Shown: positions 8,146 to 15,682 of the stretch, one piece after another
How the letters are laid out: the number at the start of each line of letters is the position of its first letter
Position numbering within the stretch: the first letter of the stretch is position 1
Origin: a virus
Virus record (IMG/VR): IMGVR_UViG_3300045988_000837
Coordinates: 1 to 20,524 of that record
Length of the DNA: 20,524 nucleotides
Reading direction: 5' to 3' (one strand)
Position numbers and translations under genes: made by a program
The notes under the pieces: generated by a model
The model's input: only the letters and a program-made list of their open reading frames with translations
The model's database searches: none
What the model was told of the DNA's origin: nothing

Positions 8146-11115
8146 TTAATAGTTATCAAGCATTAATTCCATTGATTGAGCGTTAGTGATGTCATTAGTA
8201 AATGCTCTGTAAGTTGTATCGCCCATTTTAAGCACGATATCCGCTGCCTGTTGAGTAACTGACATCTTGCCGCCATTGAACGAAACGGATGGGTCATACC
8301 CTGCCAAACGGCCTAACTGACCATCCATGCTACCAAGTTCATCAGTGATGGCTCCGTTGATATCTTGACCGGTGAATGCGTCGATAGCACCTTGGGCCAT
8401 ATAGCGCATTGAACGGGCCACTTGGTCAGCTTTGCTATCAATACCGATAATGAAACCTTTATCCGTATAGATACCGAATTGACGGAACACACGAGACGGT
8501 GATTTGATACCAAGCAATGACTTGGCGCCGTCGATTGCACTACTTACCGCACCTTTAACCGCTGAAATCAGTTTCCCAGCTGCGGATGTAACACCGCTAA
8601 CGAAACCGCTAATCAATTGAGAACCGACGCTTGCAGCTTGTCCAACAAATCCACGGGCTGCACTTAGCGCACCGCTGAACGCTGACCGAACCGCTGAAAT
8701 GATACGCTGACCAGCACTTGTTACTGCTGATACGACCGCACTAAATCCGCTAGTGATAGCTGATTGGATTGAGCTCATGGCGCTTGTAACCGCTGACCTA
8801 ACAGCGCTCCAAGCTGAGCTGATAATGCTCTGAACGGAACTCATAGCACTTGAAATAATTGACTGGATAGCTGACCATGTACTTGACACAGTGCTAGCTA
8901 TTGCACTCAACACGCTACTGATAAGCGACAAAATAGCGTTCCAAATTGCGCTGATAGTTGCTTGAATAGCTGACATGATTGACGTGATAGCTGATTGAAC
9001 TTGCGAGAAGTTGCCAGTAACCAATCCGACAATAGCAGCCAATACACCAGCTAAAACAGCTTGAATTCCAGTCCAGATAGCGTTCCAAATTGCACTGATA
9101 GCTGAAAGCGTGCTTGAAATAATGCTTGAGATACCAGCCATGATAGGTGACAGAATGGACATGATTGTATTCCAAACCGTTGAGAAAACAGTCTGGATAA
9201 CCGTCCACGCTGCTGACCAAATGGACTGGATCACAGCAATCCCAGCGCTAATAACACCACTAATGGCAGACATAGCCCCACCAGCGATAGATTGAAGCAA
9301 CGCCCAAAGCGCTTGGAATGGAACAGCTAACAATGCCCACGCTGCATTCCATATAGCAAGAATGAACTGAATTCCTGCTTGGATAATCGGACCAATAGCA
9401 TTGATACCGATTGAAACAAGCGACTTGATGCCTTCCCAAACAGTAGACAAGATGGTTTTGAACGTTTCCCACGCTCCAGACCAGTCACCTTGCAGAATCT
9501 GCATCCCCATCTTGATGATATTTAAGATAACTTCAATGACTGTTGAAATAACAGTGGTGATCATTTGCCAGCTTGTCGAGAACAGTGTAATTAGCAAATT
9601 CAATCCAGTTTGAACCACTGGAAGAATTGCGTTCATGACGTTTTCAATCATGCCCTTGAACATATTCCAGTAAGTTGTCGCTGTCTGCATAATCAAGGCG
9701 TGGTTTTCATTCCAGAAGGAAGTCAACTGACCCCATATTGACATAACAAACGACACAATGGCTTGAACGGCGTTAGTAATCGCACTCTTGATAGTTTCCC
9801 AAATTGCAATAACTTGCGAACGGAAATTCTCGTTATTGTTCCACAAATCAACGAGTGCAGCCCCAACCATAGCAACCGCAGCAACAATCGCAGCAAAAGC
9901 AGCGAGAGCTCCGACTGATAACCCGCTGAAAGCGGCACCTAGCCCACTCGCTGCGGTTGAACCGCTTGAAAAGAACCCTACTACCGAACTGATGGCGCTC
10001 CCAATTGTACTTAGTGCAGAAACGACGTTACCGACCCACGTTATCAGTGTACCGAGGGCAAATATTACCGGCCCTACAGTACCGATGATTAAGGCTGTCC
10101 ATTTAACCCAGCCGTCTACTGGCAGATTGTCCCAGATAGTACCTAGAACACGCACCACATTGTCTTTAAATGTGATGATAGTCTGCTTCATGTTTTCCAT
10201 GAGCGTCTTAATATTAGCTTCGTTATTCCCAAGACCAGCCACTAAGTTTTCAGCGGCTGCCTTCATGGAATTGAACGACCCCGAAACGGTTGTACTTGCT
10301 TCTTTTGCGGTCGTTCCAGTAACACCGAGCCTATCTTGAGTAATACCGATGGCATCAATCAAGGTATGGAATGGGATATCACGGATATTGTCAGCCGTAG
10401 CTTCAAATTCACCATTTAAGACACCAGACTCATTGACCAAACGAGCCATTTCGGACATGGTACCGCCATAACCAAGTTTCAAGTTATCCAGCATTGAATA
10501 GTTATCTTTTGCGAAACCTTGATAAGCGTTTTGAATGTCCGTCATGTTAGTACCGAACTTGTTCGCATTATCTGACATTTGGACAAGGGCTTTATCCCCG
10601 TATTTCGCAGCCTTGGCAGTATCTCCGCCTAGACCTTGTAGCAAGGTAGCTGAGAACGATGTTACCTGCTCCATATAGCGGTTAGCAGACACACCAGCCG
10701 TCCTATAGGCTCGGTTGGCATTCTCAATGACGTTGGTTCCCTCACGATCCATTGTATTGTAGAGCGCTTGGGCTTGTTCCCTGGTCATGCCGTAGTCTCT
10801 AGCAAGGGTGTTGACGCTTGAGCCGTTCTGTTTGAACAGCGTTGAAACACCGCCCAAAGATTGCTCAAGGTCTGCATAACCTTTGATTACAGCCGTCAGA
10901 CCACCGACCATCGGAAGTGTGAAAGCTGTAGTCATTCCAGCTCCGACTGACTGCATAGCACTACCAACTGACTTCAAACTGCTACCAACTTGAGCAAGCA
11001 TGCCCCCAGACTGATTTCTCAAATCAGCAAGGGCAGACTTGGCAGCATTGACGCCGTTGGTGAAGTCACTTGAGTTGGCACGAAGTATGGCCGTAACGTC
11101 AAAAGATGCTCCCAT
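8146..11115 (-). CDS. tmp: Tail tape measure protein (TP901-family core), 989 aa
   Basis: Position follows the chaperone pair. The N-terminal ~330 aa are a typical TMP core. Then come a long Ala/Gly/Ser/Ile hydrophobic block, a highly repetitive helical region and the conserved GIKSPSRVFRQFGIYTDKGFIIGI motif. TAATG overlap with the upstream ORF. No recognisable lysozyme or peptidase module. Confidence 0.95.
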   Translation of the reverse strand: MGASFDVTAILRANSSDFTNGVNAAKSALADLRNQSGGMLAQVGSSLKSVGSAMQSVGAGMTTAFTLPMVGGLTAVIKGYADLEQSLGGVSTLFKQNGSSVNTLARDYGMTREQAQALYNTMDREGTNVIENANRAYRTAGVSANRYMEQVTSFSATLLQGLGGDTAKAAKYGDKALVQMSDNANKFGTNMTDIQNAYQGFAKDNYSMLDNLKLGYGGTMSEMARLVNESGVLNGEFEATADNIRDIPFHTLIDAIGITQDRLGVTGTTAKEASTTVSGSFNSMKAAAENLVAGLGNNEANIKTLMENMKQTIITFKDNVVRVLGTIWDNLPVDGWVKWTALIIGTVGPVIFALGTLITWVGNVVSALSTIGSAISSVVGFFSSGSTAASGLGAAFSGLSVGALAAFAAIVAAVAMVGAALVDLWNNNENFRSQVIAIWETIKSAITNAVQAIVSFVMSIWGQLTSFWNENHALIMQTATTYWNMFKGMIENVMNAILPVVQTGLNLLITLFSTSWQMITTVISTVIEVILNIIKMGMQILQGDWSGAWETFKTILSTVWEGIKSLVSIGINAIGPIIQAGIQFILAIWNAAWALLAVPFQALWALLQSIAGGAMSAISGVISAGIAVIQSIWSAAWTVIQTVFSTVWNTIMSILSPIMAGISSIISSTLSAISAIWNAIWTGIQAVLAGVLAAIVGLVTGNFSQVQSAITSIMSAIQATISAIWNAILSLISSVLSAIASTVSSTWSAIQSIISSAMSSVQSIISSAWSAVRSAVTSAMSSIQSAITSGFSAVVSAVTSAGQRIISAVRSAFSGALSAARGFVGQAASVGSQLISGFVSGVTSAAGKLISAVKGAVSSAIDGAKSLLGIKSPSRVFRQFGIYTDKGFIIGIDSKADQVARSMRYMAQGAIDAFTGQDINGAITDELGSMDGQLGRLAGYDPSVSFNGGKMSVTQQAADIVLKMGDTTYRAFTNDITNAQSMELMLDNY
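8677..9801 (-). repeat. Degenerate in-frame 11/22/44-residue repeats in the TMP (residues 439-813)
   Basis: Trp/Phe occur at residues 439, 461, 483, 516, 549, 560, 593, 604, 637, 648, 681, 703, 725, 747, 769, 791 and 813, all congruent to 10 mod 11. A second Trp series (545, 589, 633, 677) is spaced 44 aa. The DNA copy atagcgttccaaattgcNctgatag recurs at 8933 and 9077, 144 nt apart. Confidence 0.85.
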
Positions 11116-11450
11116 TAACTACCCCCTTTCTTTTGTTGATTGATGATTCTATTATTATCAGCTAACGAGAGCGCTCGACTTCTAGGCGCAGTGTCCTCTG
11201 GCTTGAATATCTTACTGAACTCTTTTTCATGGTCGTAAAACTCATTAAAGGTTCTGTAAGCTGAGCGAACGCTTTTGCCTTTGCCTTTGGTAGCTTGGAC
11301 GGTTTGGTTATACCATGCTTGGATCGCTGCGTTAAAGCGGGCGTCCTCTTGTTTAATTGCGTAAGCGGTATTGTACACCTCGAATTCAACAAGCGTCGTC
11401 CTAGCGGCTTCTACATAGCTCATGCCGTGCCTTGCAATCAAGAGAGCCAT
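11115..11450 (-). CDS. Tail assembly chaperone, T-frame segment; probably expressed as a G-T fusion by -1 frameshift
   Basis: This ORF lies in the -1 frame relative to the upstream 113-aa ORF. The frame is open back to about 11554, overlapping the end of G. There is no SD before the ATG at 11450 and no alternative start upstream. Position is immediately before the TMP. Confidence 0.8.
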   Translation of the reverse strand: MALLIARHGMSYVEAARTTLVEFEVYNTAYAIKQEDARFNAAIQAWYNQTVQATKGKGKSVRSAYRTFNEFYDHEKEFSKIFKPEDTAPRSRALSLADNNRIINQQKKGGS

Positions 11451-11491
11451 TGCGTCGTCATAGCTGAAATCATAATCTGGTTGACTGTGCC

Positions 11492-11833
11492 CTACTCTTG
11501 AACGTTCATTGCGAGTTTGAGTAGGGATGACGCTTTTAACTCGTCGATAACTGAGTCAATCGTCTCTTTGTATTTGCCTTTGTCAATCAAATCAGCAAGA
11601 TAGGCTTCAATGTCAGCATCACTTGGCTTTTGTGGCGCTGTAATTGTACCAGCTTTGATGATATCCACTAATGCTAGTGGGTCATTGATAGCCACACCGG
11701 CTGAAATCAATGTCATAGCCCCGTAGCCAGTCTTCATGCCTTCAAGCTCTGCTGAGTGCAATTTGTTGATCTCACGCAAGAACGCAAGTCCGAAAATCAA
11801 ATTAAAGTCTCGTCCGTTGATAGATAGAATCAT
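11492..11833 (-). CDS. Tail assembly chaperone (gpG-like)
   Basis: 113 aa, located between the major tail protein and the TMP. SD AAGGAG lies upstream of the ATG at 11833. It is followed by an overlapping -1 frame ORF. Confidence 0.85.
   Translation of the reverse strand: MILSINGRDFNLIFGLAFLREINKLHSAELEGMKTGYGAMTLISAGVAINDPLALVDIIKAGTITAPQKPSDADIEAYLADLIDKGKYKETIDSVIDELKASSLLKLAMNVQE
11533..11540 (-). promoter_or_regulatory. Candidate -1 slippery site G-UUA-AAA-G for G/GT frameshifting
   Basis: This is the only A-rich near-heptamer inside the 66-nt window (11492..11557) where both the 0 and -1 frames are open. After a -1 slip the A-site AAA re-pairs perfectly to AAA, while the P-site UUA->GUU pairing is imperfect. 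Confidence 0.3.
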
Positions 11834-11853
11834 GTTTTATTTCTCCTTTATAC

Positions 11854-11881
11854 AAAAAAAGCAAGGGCACAAAGCCCCTGC
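11854..11881 (-). terminator. Rho-independent terminator after the major tail protein gene
   Basis: Minus-strand RNA reads GCAGGGGC-UUUGU-GCCCUUGC-UUUUUUU. That is an 8-bp stem (7 Watson-Crick pairs plus 1 G.U), a 5-nt loop and a U7 tract. It starts 7 nt after the TAG of the major tail gene and is followed directly by the SD of the chaperone gene. Confidence 0.85.
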
Positions 11882-11887
11882 AATAGA

Positions 11888-12430
11888 CTAGATAGATGAA
11901 ACTAGGCCGTCTTCTTTAGCAAGAGTATGGTAGTCGTATTGAGCGCTTGCGACTGCTTTCTTCTGAGCGTCTGTCAAGCTGTCGGTTGAAATAATACCGT
12001 TGCCATCAATAGCCATTTCATAAGAAAGCTCAACTTTGTCGTCAGCCGGTGCTGCGATTTCAAAGTTCTTAAGATAGCCTTGGTAATATTCAACGTCATA
12101 GACATCTTTGCCACCAGCAGTACGTTTGGAAGCAAGGTCAACTTGCCAGCACTCTACCTTGTCGCCTGCGATGAACCATTTACGCATTTCACGCCACATT
12201 TCAGTGGTAGTTCCATCTTCACGATAAGCAAGTGATACGAATTCCCCAGACACTTCACCGTCTGAAATAGAGTTAACTACACCGTCTTTGGTTTTGGTAG
12301 TTTCGACCTCTTTCTCAGCATTGATAGTGTGTTCTGTTTGGAAACGTACCTTAGCAGCGTCTTGTGTCTTTTGGTCTTTGACACGGCGGAAGAAGACCAT
12401 TAGGTCTTTACCCAAAATAAGTTCTGCCAT
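11888..12430 (-). CDS. Major tail protein (phi13/TP901-1-like)
   Basis: 180 aa. Lies after the four head-tail joining genes and before the chaperones. MAELILGKDLMVFFRRVKD...FQTEHTI...GEFVSLAY is typical of this family, from memory. Confidence 0.85.
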   Translation of the reverse strand: MAELILGKDLMVFFRRVKDQKTQDAAKVRFQTEHTINAEKEVETTKTKDGVVNSISDGEVSGEFVSLAYREDGTTTEMWREMRKWFIAGDKVECWQVDLASKRTAGGKDVYDVEYYQGYLKNFEIAAPADDKVELSYEMAIDGNGIISTDSLTDAQKKAVASAQYDYHTLAKEDGLVSSI

Positions 12431-12811
12431 TTATTCCTCCTTTTTGATATAAGTAAATGAAAAATCCAGCACAATGTGAATCAATGGCTGGACGTCTGTG
12501 TTATCTGGTAAAACTTGCTTGTCTGTACCAGTTTTTAATAAGTTGTATTCAAACCCTTTAATTCGTTCGCTAGCTCGTTCCAACGTTTGACAGTGGGTGT
12601 CTAGCTCTGCACGCTGCACTCTAGTCCCGTAGATATGGACGGTTTGTCTTATCGTTCCAAAGTTTTCGTTATTGAGTGTAGGTGCTGAGCTATTTTCACC
12701 GATGAAAGCGAATGGATAACTAGCTGATGAACCGGGTAAATAGTCATAAGTTGCCAATGTTTCGTTAGCAATAGCAAATAGATTTCTGAATAAGTCATGG
12801 TTTGGTGTCAT
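12431..12811 (-). CDS. Tail completion / tail terminator protein (SPP1 gp17-like, DUF3168-type)
   Basis: 126 aa, abutting the major tail gene. ATGA overlap with the upstream gene. The call rests on synteny and size. Confidence 0.7.
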   Translation of the reverse strand: MTPNHDLFRNLFAIANETLATYDYLPGSSASYPFAFIGENSSAPTLNNENFGTIRQTVHIYGTRVQRAELDTHCQTLERASERIKGFEYNLLKTGTDKQVLPDNTDVQPLIHIVLDFSFTYIKKEE

Positions 12812-13161
12812 TTAAAGGCTCCTTCCATAACTTTTCTGATTTGTTCTGTGAAGTAAGGCTCGATTTGTTGCATCATAGGACGCATAAACGGTTTTCCAGG
12901 CTGATAGCGTGTGCCAAACTCTTGGAATCCGCTATAAGACGCTGCTGAGTGGATGTGCGATTCTTCGCCCATGTGCCTAGTGGTGATATTAGCTCTCAAG
13001 AAACCAGTGTCGACTGGCGCAAGACCTTTTGAAATGCTCTTGCCCTTCTCAGCTGAGTTTTTAAGAGCGTTTTGAGCTTGTGTCCTAACGCCTTGACTTG
13101 CTTTGTTCAAAGCGGCAGCGAGGACTGTGTCCCCTCTCCACTCGATTGTGAAATTAGCCAT
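12808..13161 (-). CDS. HK97 gp10-family head-tail joining protein
   Basis: 117 aa containing TGFLRANI...YSGFQEFGTRYQPGKPFMRP, the characteristic gp10-family 'EFGT...P-x-PFM-x-P' motif. Confidence 0.8.
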   Translation of the reverse strand: MANFTIEWRGDTVLAAALNKASQGVRTQAQNALKNSAEKGKSISKGLAPVDTGFLRANITTRHMGEESHIHSAASYSGFQEFGTRYQPGKPFMRPMMQQIEPYFTEQIRKVMEGAFK

Positions 13162-13462
13162 TTAGCTCACCTCGCTTCAATCGGATCGCCCCTTTAATCG
13201 GTGCGTCAATGCGTTCAATAGGATAATATTTCTTACCCTCGTATAGAGCGTAGTCAAACGGCTTCTGCTCTTGATTGAACCGGCATATCATGATCACGTC
13301 CGACCTACTCCCATAGGCTTCAAATGCACGCTGTTGGTCAATGAAATTGACTAAACAAGGCACAATCTTGCTAGACTGTGCCTTTTCTTCGTGCTTATCA
13401 GTAATCGGGTTATAAGTCGAAACACCTTGCTTCACTAGCTTAATGCGGTGTGGTGTTTTCAT
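13154..13462 (-). CDS. Head closure / head-tail adaptor protein (SPP1 gp16-like)
   Basis: 102 aa. Synteny supports the call, as does the conserved C-terminal pattern (YEGKKYYPIERID...IRLKRGE). Overlaps both neighbours. Confidence 0.7.
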   Translation of the reverse strand: MKTPHRIKLVKQGVSTYNPITDKHEEKAQSSKIVPCLVNFIDQQRAFEAYGSRSDVIMICRFNQEQKPFDYALYEGKKYYPIERIDAPIKGAIRLKRGELNG

Positions 13463-13806
13463 AGAAACTTCACCTTACCTTTTCGAGCTAATGAGCCATC
13501 TAGGCCAAAATCTTTATCCAGAATCTTTCTGTAAGGCTTGAACATGTCGTCCCAATCCTCGTAGGTGACTGAATAGCCGTCTACGTTTTCGGTTTTGACA
13601 CCCTCTGACCCCTTACGACCATAGAGCTTGTAAACAACATTTTCGATGATGAAATGATATTTCTTGTCAATATCGGTTGTTCCGACTAATGCTTTGAAAT
13701 AGCTCTCAGCGTCGTTGACTAAGTCTTCAATCAATTCATCCTCAAGATCGTCTTCAACGTCGATACCCAACCGACGTTTAATCTTCTCAAGTTGGATATC
13801 GTTCAT
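13459..13806 (-). CDS. Head-tail connector protein (gp6-like, Phage_connect_1)
   Basis: 115 aa. The acidic N-terminus IQLEKIKRRLGIDVEDDLEDELIEDLVNDAESYF is typical of the gp6/DNA-packaging connector family. Confidence 0.8.
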   Translation of the reverse strand: MNDIQLEKIKRRLGIDVEDDLEDELIEDLVNDAESYFKALVGTTDIDKKYHFIIENVVYKLYGRKGSEGVKTENVDGYSVTYEDWDDMFKPYRKILDKDFGLDGSLARKGKVKFL

Positions 13807-13807
13807 T

Positions 13808-14080
13808 TTAGACCTCCTCCGCAGCCTTTAGAAGTTCTTCTAAATCTGCTTTTTTCGCTTTGGCGTCATACTCGACACCAGCTTCATCAAGTTTTGCTTT
13901 GAGCTCCTTGACTGTAAGCTCTTTTGGCGGCTCGACTTGTTCGATACCACCCTTTTCAAGAACTTCTGCCACACGCTCTTTAGATGGCTCATAGCCTTCT
14001 CGTGGGTAAACTTCCCCGGCTTGGTAGATATACTCGTTATCTTGCAAGTCACGGAATGTAATCTTAGCTTTATAGGTCAT
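13808..14080 (-). CDS. Small head-module protein with a C-terminal HeH/SAP(Rho_N)-like motif
   Basis: 90 aa, immediately downstream of the capsid gene. The C-terminal LTVKELKAKLDEAGVEYDAKAKKADLEELLKAAEE fits the helix-extension-helix consensus. Confidence 0.75.
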   Translation of the reverse strand: MTYKAKITFRDLQDNEYIYQAGEVYPREGYEPSKERVAEVLEKGGIEQVEPPKELTVKELKAKLDEAGVEYDAKAKKADLEELLKAAEEV

Positions 14081-14093
14081 TTAAACCTCCTGA

Positions 14094-15026
14094 CTAGACT
14101 CCTACTGGTTGGATCGCTGCAAATGCTTCGTCGTTTGGAATCGCTACGGCAATTTCAAAGATTGCACGAAGTGCTTGCATGTCTTGTTCAAACAAGTGAA
14201 CGTCACCAGAATCAAGTGTGCCATCATTTTGAACTTTAGACAAAGTAGCTTGGTCTGCGATTTTAAGACGCAAGTTAGTACCGTTTGGAATACCGTAAAC
14301 CAAACCATTGAAGTTACCAGTGATCAATGTACCTGCTGGGTAAGTTTGCCCATCTTGCAATTGAAGTTGAGAATATGGAAGGCCATCAAGCTCACCGATT
14401 GCGTTAGGGTTAGCTGGTTTAGTGAAGATGTGTTGACCGCCGTTCACATTGTCGACGATTCCACGAAGTGTGCGGTTGATAGTGCGGTGACCTACGAATG
14501 CGTTAGGTTCTTTTTCTGACTTATCTTCCACATCATAAATGTTATTAAGGTTGATGTCCCCAGATACGATGTTTTGAGCACGTTTAGCAGACGCCAAGAC
14601 GTTGGCACCGAATGGGTTGTTGTACAAACCAAGGAATGCTGCTCCGTCGATTTTTTTGTTGAACAAGTCAACAATCTTATCCTTGATTGATTCGAAGAAA
14701 TCAGTCCAAGTGTAGTTAAGGACTTCTTCTGTTACCGGCAAGATAACTGCCAATTTGCGAGATTCAAGAACGTAAGATTTAGTTTGTACTTTTGCAGTAC
14801 CAATTTTTTGACCTTCACCAACAAAGTAAGCGTCTGTCAATTGACCAACTTCAACTCCTTTGCGGACCATTTTGCCGTCCATTTCAACTTTTTGGCCAAG
14901 CTGAATAACTTTTGAAGTTTTAACGAGTTCGTCAGTGAATAGATCAGTGATTTGTTCTGATGTGACCTCTTTCCCAAGAGAATCAGACAATAGGACTGTG
15001 TCTGGATTAAATTTTTGTTGAGCCAT
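14094..15026 (-). CDS. Major capsid protein (presumably HK97 fold; no fused protease or delta domain)
   Basis: 310 aa, directly after the scaffold gene. SD AAAGGAG is present. Strong codon bias is consistent with a highly expressed gene. Confidence 0.9.
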   Translation of the reverse strand: MAQQKFNPDTVLLSDSLGKEVTSEQITDLFTDELVKTSKVIQLGQKVEMDGKMVRKGVEVGQLTDAYFVGEGQKIGTAKVQTKSYVLESRKLAVILPVTEEVLNYTWTDFFESIKDKIVDLFNKKIDGAAFLGLYNNPFGANVLASAKRAQNIVSGDINLNNIYDVEDKSEKEPNAFVGHRTINRTLRGIVDNVNGGQHIFTKPANPNAIGELDGLPYSQLQLQDGQTYPAGTLITGNFNGLVYGIPNGTNLRLKIADQATLSKVQNDGTLDSGDVHLFEQDMQALRAIFEIAVAIPNDEAFAAIQPVGV

Positions 15027-15044
15027 GCGCTCTCCTTTCTTAAA

Positions 15045-15596
15045 TTAGAAATTAGTGATTTTGGCTTTGTCAAACTTGTCTTTTCCGCGATGAGAACGCC
15101 CTTCCTCTCCGCCACTAGTGCGAGGTGGTAGAGCTTTTGCTTCTTCTCGTTTCTGCAAGTTTAGGATGTTAGCCATGTTTGAAACAGCTAACTTGGTAGC
15201 TTCTTCGTCGCCTTTTACAACAAAAGCAAGCGTCGACTCATTAACAGGAACGCCTTGAGCTTCGAGCTCTTTAATAGCAACATCCTGCATTTGACGTTGA
15301 GCGATTTGAGCTTGAAGTGCTGCAATTGTGCTCTGGGCTTCTTCGAATTCTTTATCCCGCTGTTTCTGTTGCAGCTCTTGAAGTTCTTCTTCGCTCATTT
15401 TAGCTTTAGCAACGGCTTCCTCGATTTGAGATTGAATACCGGTTTGCATATCAGCAATTTCAAGAGTATGTTTTTCTTCCATCTGCTTGAGTCTACGCTG
15501 CATTTCAGCGACTGACACCATCTTTTCCTCTTTTTCTGGTTGGCTAGCTTCAACCTCTTGAGGATTTTCAACTGTTTCAAGTTCTTTTTCTGCCAT
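15045..15596 (-). CDS. Capsid scaffolding protein (DUF4355-like)
   Basis: 183 aa, highly charged and Glu/Gln/Lys-rich helical sequence (EELQELQQKQRDKEFEEAQSTIAALQAQIAQRQ). Lies between the gp7-like and capsid genes. Confidence 0.85.
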   Translation of the reverse strand: MAEKELETVENPQEVEASQPEKEEKMVSVAEMQRRLKQMEEKHTLEIADMQTGIQSQIEEAVAKAKMSEEELQELQQKQRDKEFEEAQSTIAALQAQIAQRQMQDVAIKELEAQGVPVNESTLAFVVKGDEEATKLAVSNMANILNLQKREEAKALPPRTSGGEEGRSHRGKDKFDKAKITNF

Positions 15597-15682
15597 GATA
15601 GGCTCCTTTCTTTACGCTTTAACGTCCAACCTCGACGAACTCATGCAGCTTTTAACGTCCTCAGCACGGTCTGGACAAAGGG

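Noticed and set aside
8146-8700. Lytic (lysozyme or M23 peptidase) domain at the C-terminus of the TMP
   Set aside because: After the GIKSPSRVFRQFGIYTDKGFIIGI motif only ~100 residues remain. I can recognise no catalytic His/Asp/Glu signature in them.
8521-9828. Possibility that the repetitive DNA in tmp (and tal) is a CRISPR array or a non-coding satellite
   Set aside because: The repeats are degenerate, in-frame multiples of 3 (33/66/132/144 nt and 90 nt), and have no unique spacers of fixed length. They sit inside uninterrupted ORFs of 989 and 1680 codons.
9788-10339. 183-aa plus-strand ORF antisense to the tape measure gene
   Set aside because: It sits over the Ala/Gly/Ser-rich hydrophobic block of the TMP, where GCN/AGC codons leave the antisense frame free of stops. 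It has no SD and no recognisable motif. The same reasoning applies to the other short plus-strand ORFs in the track (for example 20..238, 1621..1851, 4570..4887, 14109..14519, 15540..15887, 19370..19648, 20156..20392).
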